NCBI RefSeq assembly: GCF_016433145.1
Contig: NC_058135.1
Span: 57,300,730-57,364,606 of the forward strand
Direction: 5' to 3'
Length of the DNA: 63,877 nt
Source: Gracilinanus agilis
Lineage: Eukaryota
The position numbers were made by a program, and so were the translations under genes. The notes beneath the pieces were generated by a model. It did not search any database, was not told the origin of the DNA, and worked only from the letters and a program-made list of their open reading frames with translations. Below are positions 57,501-63,877 of this stretch, one piece after another (the stretch's first letter is position 1; each line of letters starts with the position of its first letter).

Positions 57501-57892
57501 CATTCTATCTGCTTTCCAAACTCCCTCATTTTTACAGATGATGCAACTGAGGCCTAGAGAAGTCACCGGACTTGCCAAAGGTCATTTATGTAGTAAGCTT
57601 ACAGAAATAGGATTTAAACTCATGTCTTCTGACTTCAGATGTAGTTTGATTCTATTAAACTAGACTCTTTAGAGACAAGATGAATAGAAGACAATGATCA
57701 TTAAGGGTGCTAGTCCCTTTGAGGCACTGGGATCTAACCCTAGAGATATAGGATTGTAACGTTTGAGTAAAAAGAACAAGTAAATTTTAAAAAAGAGATG
57801 TGGGAGTAAAATAATATGTTCTTCGAAAGAGAGTATTACTTGGTCAAAGGAAATAAAAGTAAAGGTTAGTTATAATAATCTCATTTCTTTTA

Positions 57893-58072
57893 ATTTATAA
57901 ACCTTTACTTTCCATTTTAGAATCAATACCATGTATTGGTTCCAAGGCAGAAGAGTGGTAAGAACTAGGCAATGATTTGCACAGTTAAAAAAGTGTCTGA
58001 GGCCAGATTTGAATTCAAGGCCTCCTATCTCTAGGTTTGGCTCTCTATCCACTGAGTCATCTGGCTGCCCCC
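57893..58072 (-). mobile_element. SINE1_Mdo-type SINE
   Basis: aacctttactttccattttagaatcaataccatgtattggttccaaggcagaagagtggtaag...ctggctgccccc. Confidence 0.87.
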
Positions 58073-59327
58073 AATAATAACATTTCAAGGTTTATAAAAA
58101 TGCTATGTATATATACCAGTTGAATCTCATAAACAGTCCTGTAAAGTAAATATCACAGGCAATTTAGCCCCATTTTGAAGATGAAGAAAGGGAGGTTCAG
58201 AGAAATTAAGTGACTTACCCATGACCATATAGCTAGAAAATATCAGAGGTGGAGTTGAAATCCAGGGATTCTTGACAAGTTTAACAACAGTCCAATTTTT
58301 TTAGGCTGCTCTCTGAGTGAGATGAGTAACTTCAGGAGACAAGGGATAATTATTGGGGAAAGAGAGATTCCCGTAGATAATAGAATCAAGAAGGAAAGGT
58401 GTGATTAAAAAAAAAAAGGTGAAAGAAATTTAAAAGGAACTGCCTTTGGAAAATGTTTAGGAACCCCTCGTTTTCTTCCAAAGGTGTAGAAGAGCCCAGC
58501 ACTAGCAAAATATGTTAACTCTGAAGTGTGGTACAAATATTTATAGTGCTGCCATATTACTTGCTGGGAGATCCAAAGTGGGAGAATTCCTAGAGACCTA
58601 TAACCAACTATATAATTGGTCGGAGGCCAATTCTCAGGACCGAGGACTCCTAGGGGTAGGAAATAGTATTCCCTTGGAATTAATCATATTTTGCCCCTGG
58701 CAAGACCCTGAAAATGGTTTTCTTTTAAAGGTATTTAATTATCTCTGGAACTGATCTGACTTCAAAGCATTCATTCATTCAATTGATAGTTTGGGGGCAC
58801 CTACTATGTGTAACTTGATACTCCAGTAGGTCCCTGATATGTTGGACTATTTTCCATTTTTCTTTTTGTATTTCCAGTAACTAGCACATTGTCCTTCACA
58901 CAGTAGGCATTTAATAAGTACTTATTTGGTTTGGACTGTTGCGAAATACCATGCCAAGTATTAAGTGGTGTGGGAGATCAGACGGGAAAGAGGTTACTTC
59001 CTAATTTGTCTTTGACAAGGAAGGCACCCCTCCTCCACACACTTTTTGCTGGGGAGTCAAGAATGGCTTTATAAAAGAAGTTGCATTTGAGGAGAGACTT
59101 GAAGGGTAGATAGGAGTGGGCAGGGCAAGCTACAGACCTTGCAAGGGCTTTGAGCCTGAGTAGGACCCTTCCCTTTTCTAGACCAAACCCATGCTCTTGA
59201 GGCAGATTCACAGAAGTGCTTTTATTCACTTAGCTCTAAAATACATACCAATTTATGGGATCTTCATTTTAGAGCTGGAGGTACTCTCTTATGTCTTAGA
59301 ATTGATACAAGACTGAAGGTAAGGGTT

Positions 59328-59437
59328 TAAGAGAGACAGAGACACACAGAGGGAGAAAGAGAGAGAGACAAAGAGAGAGAGAGAGAGAGACAAAGAGAGA
59401 AAGAGGGAGGGAGGGAGAGAGAGAGAGAGAGAGAGAG
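59328..59437. repeat. (GA)n/(GACA)n compound microsatellite at the tail of a SINE 3' fragment
   Basis: ggaaggtaagggttta-like tail (gaaggtaagggtttaa) followed by gagagacagagacacacagaggg...gagagagag. Confidence 0.88.
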
Positions 59438-62400
59438 AATGTGGCACTGGGTACAATAAGAGGATATGTCTGATTAATTATGTGCTCCTAACACCTATCT
59501 GCCTCTGAGGTGACAGGTGAGAGCATCAGTATTTGCACTGCTGCTATATATGTGTATGTTTTTCAAATGAGTGGGAAAATGACTATTTAAATGCCATTTT
59601 ATGGAGTTGGCTACTAGAACTATTTTTAACAGGTACCCATCAGAAGGCCAGAGATGAAAACCAAAAAATATTTTCAGAGAAAATTTGGGGAGCCTAGTCA
59701 TAAGGGACAATACTAGGGCTACAGTTAAGAAACAAGCAGTTTTCTCATTAAGAAGCAGCTTAAACTCTTTCTGTATAAATGTAACACACACATGCCCTAA
59801 GGAAAATATTAGCTTGTTGTGTGGATTTAAAAATGCATAAATACACATGTGTTTATATACAATATGAACATACATGTATTGTGTATATATGCACATGTTT
59901 ATAGATCATATGTGATTGTATTACATACATATATGTGCAAATATGGACTCAATAGACCATTTCCTGATTGTATCACTATGGATCAAAAAATATTTTCTTA
60001 AATCACCTCAATGTATTTTTAGCACAGTGGAGTGGTATTTATTTATGTACTCAAACAAATGCTCTGGAGATTACTGGCTCTCTATAACTGCTTCAACATG
60101 CCTATCAGTTCAGGTTATTTAAAAAAAAAAATCCAACCCACTCATTTTCAGTCTCATTGGAAGTAGGGGATCAATTTATTCCTCCTCTTCCAGGCAGCTG
60201 CGCTCTTTCCCACTACCTATTCTTAGAGCTTGTGATTGCTGCTGTTTTATTCTGTTTGGTTTTTTTCTTAAGAGAAGAAGATGCTGTAGCAGCAGCAGCA
60301 TCTGCAGCCCCTGTTGGAAAACAAGATCTGACCCTGAACCTCGAGGAAAAAAGAATTCCATTCACTGAGACATTTATTAAGTTCTTGCTGTACACAAAAC
60401 ATTTTGCGAGGGCTTTCACTTTAGTTCAAAGTCGAATGGGTTAGCTTAAACTTCCACGATGATCAGGAGAGCAGATAGGAAGAAGAGAGCTCAGTTGATA
60501 ATGGGGGTGGAGTGGAGTACAGTAATTCTTCACGAGAGAAAGTAACTATTTTTTTCCCTTCAGTTTACCGTCACTAATGAGTCAAATGAGAATTGAAATC
60601 TTTTGAAATGAATCTATTTGTTTCAGTGGCAAGGGTCATGTGAGAGACACAGAAAGAGGAAGAGAGAGATAATGACCTTTCCAAAGACTCCCCTAATGCA
60701 TTTACATAGTGCAAAAAAAAAAAAAAAGAAAAGAAAAAAAGATGTTCTATGGAAAGACAAAAACAGCCAAGATGAAAGAGAACCATGTCTCTCTTTGGCT
60801 CACAAGTACAGGATGAATATGTGAGCAAGGCATAGCCCTTTTCATGGGAATAATGAAGTTAAACATTCATATTTTCTCCATCATTGATTTGGGGAGGGCA
60901 ATAGAAGGTATCTCTAGAAAACTCATTTATTAAATTAGTTTTTTAGTCTCTTTTTTACTCTTGTCCAGTGGGTGCCTTATTTTAAGAAGCAGCTGACATT
61001 TAGAGCTGTGTTAAGCTTGAAGCAGGGAATTCATCAGAGAGACTACTGAGAGCTACTCCTTGGAAGTGAGTTATACTTGACTTAGAGAAGATTTAGAGTG
61101 AATACCTGGCATGTGTTCTCTTTGGGTTTTCTGGGTATGTGTCATTTAGCCAATTCCTACACACTGTAGTATATGAAGCCCTTCAATTCTCATCTCTCTA
61201 CCAACAGTCAACAAAGACCCTGATCTTGACCACTGGCTCAAAAAGAGAAGGAAAGTTCTAGAAAAAGACCCTCCAGAGTCCTTCCTTTGGCATGCTCCAG
61301 AATGCCCTGGTCCGGGACCTCCTTTTAACTAACTCAGGTCTGATAAGTAGCTATCAGCAGTCTCTCTGATGAATGTCCTGCCTCAAGCTTAATGCAGCTC
61401 TGAATTTAACTTAAACTAAGGCATCCACTGGACAATAAAAGAAGAGATGAAAAAAAGTGAGACATGGACCTCTTGTTTCCTGTCCTTTTTATTAGGTGGG
61501 AGCCAATGGTGTAAAGAGGAGAGGAGAGAAGCCTTGCTATTATAATCATTCACAAAAATTAATGACTCCCGAATACATTTTCATATAAAGGAAAACTAGG
61601 TATGCTCCTTTTCCTAGAATATCTTTCTGTGTATCATTAGTGAGCCACAGAGGCCCCAAGTCCCCAGGCTAAATAGCAGGGCCAGAGGTTGGATCTCAGG
61701 AATGTTTCCCATTTTACAGCCTGATGGATGGTTCCCTGAAGGCAATCTCTTTCTCTTTATGATATGTGACCATAGATGAACAGGAACGAGTTTAAAGGAT
61801 TACTAAAAGATTCGTTCAAGTTCTTTTGCCTTTGGGAGAGGGAGGATTCATGTTCTTGTAAAGATTAGTATCTTTCCTTTGGAGGAAAAAAAAAGCCAGT
61901 AAAATAGTTGAAACTAATTTCCTGCACAGATAAGGTTATTGCCTGAGCCACAACAACATGCCTATTGTAGTGACAAAGTCGGGTTAACGATGAAATTTGC
62001 TTGACTCGCTAACAATGGCCAAGCACAAATGCAGTTCCAAAATCCATCTTCCAATAACCATCACCTTCTCAGTATGGGTACTTAGCCCTAAATCGTCCGA
62101 AAGAGAAGGAACTTCACAAAGGAAAATTTACTTCCATGGCACCCAAATGCCAGGCTACACTGAACTAAAGGATGCCAGGGGATGGTTCCTTTATCGGTGA
62201 GAATGGAAAAATCTGCAGTGTGAGGCCAAGAGAAACAAAGTCGATGACATGAGCTGCAGAGCAAGGGCAAACCCATCTATGCAGAGGGAGGCCCCAACAG
62301 CATGAATGTTCAAGTCAGAAATAGAGGTAAAGGCAAGTGGAAACAAGCAGGCGAGCAGATAGGCAAGAACTTCAGAGTGCAACAATTTTGTGTGATATGA

Positions 62401-62584
62401 CCACAGGGTCCAGGATCTGACAGAGAGAGGGTGATCAAAGTCAAATGTTCTAAATGCTTTGAACTTTGAAATAGATAGAATGTTGGATTTGGAGACAAGA
62501 AGAAAGCCAGTACCAGACACCCAGTAGCCATGTGATGCCAGGCAAATCAGTTAACCTCAGTTTCCTCATTTGTAAAATGGAGAT

Positions 62585-62850
62585 ATTTGAGGCAGATAGG
62601 TGGTGTAGTGGATAGAGAACTGGGCTTAGAATCAGGAAGACTCATCTTCTCAAGTTCAACTTTGACCTCAGACAATTACTAACTATATAACCCTGGGCAA
62701 GTCATTTTACCCTGTATGCCTCAGTTTCCTCATATGTAAAATTGTCTGGAGAAGGAAATGGCAAACCACTCCAGTATCTTCATCAAGAAAACTCCAAACA
62801 GAATCCCAAAAAGTCGGACGAGACTGAAAAATGACCGAACAACAATAAAA
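62585..62850 (+). mobile_element. MAR1-type SINE inside a MIR
   Basis: gaggcagataggtggtgtagtggatagag...ggagaaggaaatggcaaaccactccagtatctt...aatgaccgaacaacaa. Confidence 0.87.
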
Positions 62851-62914
62851 TGGAGATAATATGTACTTGGAAGCAACTAGGTGGAAGAGTGGATAGAGCT
62901 GTCCTGCCTCAGAC

Positions 62915-63877
62915 TTTTTTTTTTTAATTTTTAATTTTTTAATTGTTTTGAAAAATTTTCCATGGTTACATGATTCATGTTCTTACTTTCCCTTTCACCC
63001 CCCCAAAACTACCCCCTCCCCATAGCCAACACACATTTCCACTGGTTTTAACATGTGTCATCTATCAAGACCTATTTCCATATTATTGATAGTTGCATTG
63101 GTGTGGTAGTTTCTAGTCTACATGTACGCCTCAACCCATGTGTTCAAGCAGTTGTTTTTCTTTTGTGTTTCCACTCCTGTAATTCTTCCACTGAATGTGG
63201 GTAGCTTTCTTTTCCATAAATCCTCAGAATTGTCCTGGGTCATTGTATTGCTGCTAGTACAGAAGTCCATTACATTCGATTTTACCACAGTGTATCAGTC
63301 TCTGTGTACAATGTTCTGGCTCTGCTCCTTTCACTCTGCATCAATTCCTGGAGGTCTTTCCAGTTCGCCTGGAACTCCTCCAGTTTATTATTCCTTTTAG
63401 CACAATAGTATTCCATCATCAGCATATACCACAATTTGTTCAGCCATTCCCCAATTGAAGGGCATACCCTCATTTTCCAGTTTTTTGCTACCACAAAAAG
63501 TGAGGCTATAAATATTTTTGTACAAGTCTTTTATCTATAATCTCTTTGGGGTACAAACCCAGCAATGGTATGGCTGGATCAAAAGGCAGGTATTCTTTTA
63601 GCGTTCTTTGGGCATAATTCCAAATTGCCAGCCAGAATGGTTGGATCAGTTCTACCAGCAATGCATTAATGTCCCAATTTTGCCACATCCCCTCCAACAT
63701 TCATTACTCTTCCCTGCTGTCATTTTAGCCAATCTACTAGAGGGTGTGAGGTGGTACCTCAGAGTTGTTTTGATTTGCATTTCTCTAATTATTAGAGATT
63801 TAGAACACTTTCTCATGTGCTTATTGATAGTTTTGATTTCTTTATCTGAAAATTGCCTATTCATGTCCCTTACCCAT
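62915..63877 (-). mobile_element. L1 LINE 3' portion (ORF2 C-terminus and 3' UTR), continues past the window end
   Basis: ORFs 63652..63864 (..HMRKCSKSLIIREMQIKTTLRYHLTP..CWRGCG..GTLMHCW), 63506..63700 and 63282..63494 (..CPSIGEWLNKLWY..) are frameshifted L1 ORF2; T-rich tail at 62915. Confidence 0.96.

Noticed and set aside
60270-60302. AGATGCTG...CAGCATCT hairpin as a pre-miRNA
   Set aside because: The stem is only 8 bp and arises from a short CAG repeat; far too short for a Drosha substrate.
1-63877. CRISPR arrays, rRNA, operons or a novel multi-gene system
   Set aside because: The window is mammalian intronic DNA of one gene; no regular repeat-spacer arrays, rRNA or second protein-coding gene were recognised.

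Overview
Marsupial genomic DNA, most likely the opossum Monodelphis domestica (inferred from SINE1_Mdo-, MAR1-, marsupial L1- and RTE-type repeats). The window holds the 3' two-thirds of LEF1 on the minus strand. Exons 4 (41860-41992), 5 (23746-23836), 6 (22008-22091), 7 (18981-19103), 8 (17198-17360), 10 (4581-4629) and 11 (3881-3921, stop at 3887-3889) were identified by manual translation; all have GT-AG borders and compatible phases. Exon numbering follows human LEF1 from memory. Exon 9 (second half of the HMG box) was not found and probably lies in the 851-N gap at 10064-10914. Exons 1-3 and 12 were not found and presumably lie outside the window, so 41993-63877 is intron 3 and 1-3880 is intron 11. 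The rest is intronic: about 29 SINE1-type copies, many MAR1/MIR, L1, L2, L3 and RTE fragments, hAT MITEs, a 7SL-derived retrocopy, microsatellites and several unique segments that look like regulatory elements. The best leads are speculative: an antisense SINE forming an in-frame 36-nt cassette that reads NQYYIWFQNRRA between the HMG box and the basic tail, a candidate extra C-terminal exon at 1932-1981, two short L1 insertions truncated at the same point, and a hAT MITE of a family reported as horizontally transferred. Repeat boundaries and family names are by eye and approximate. No evidence for a new multi-gene system.
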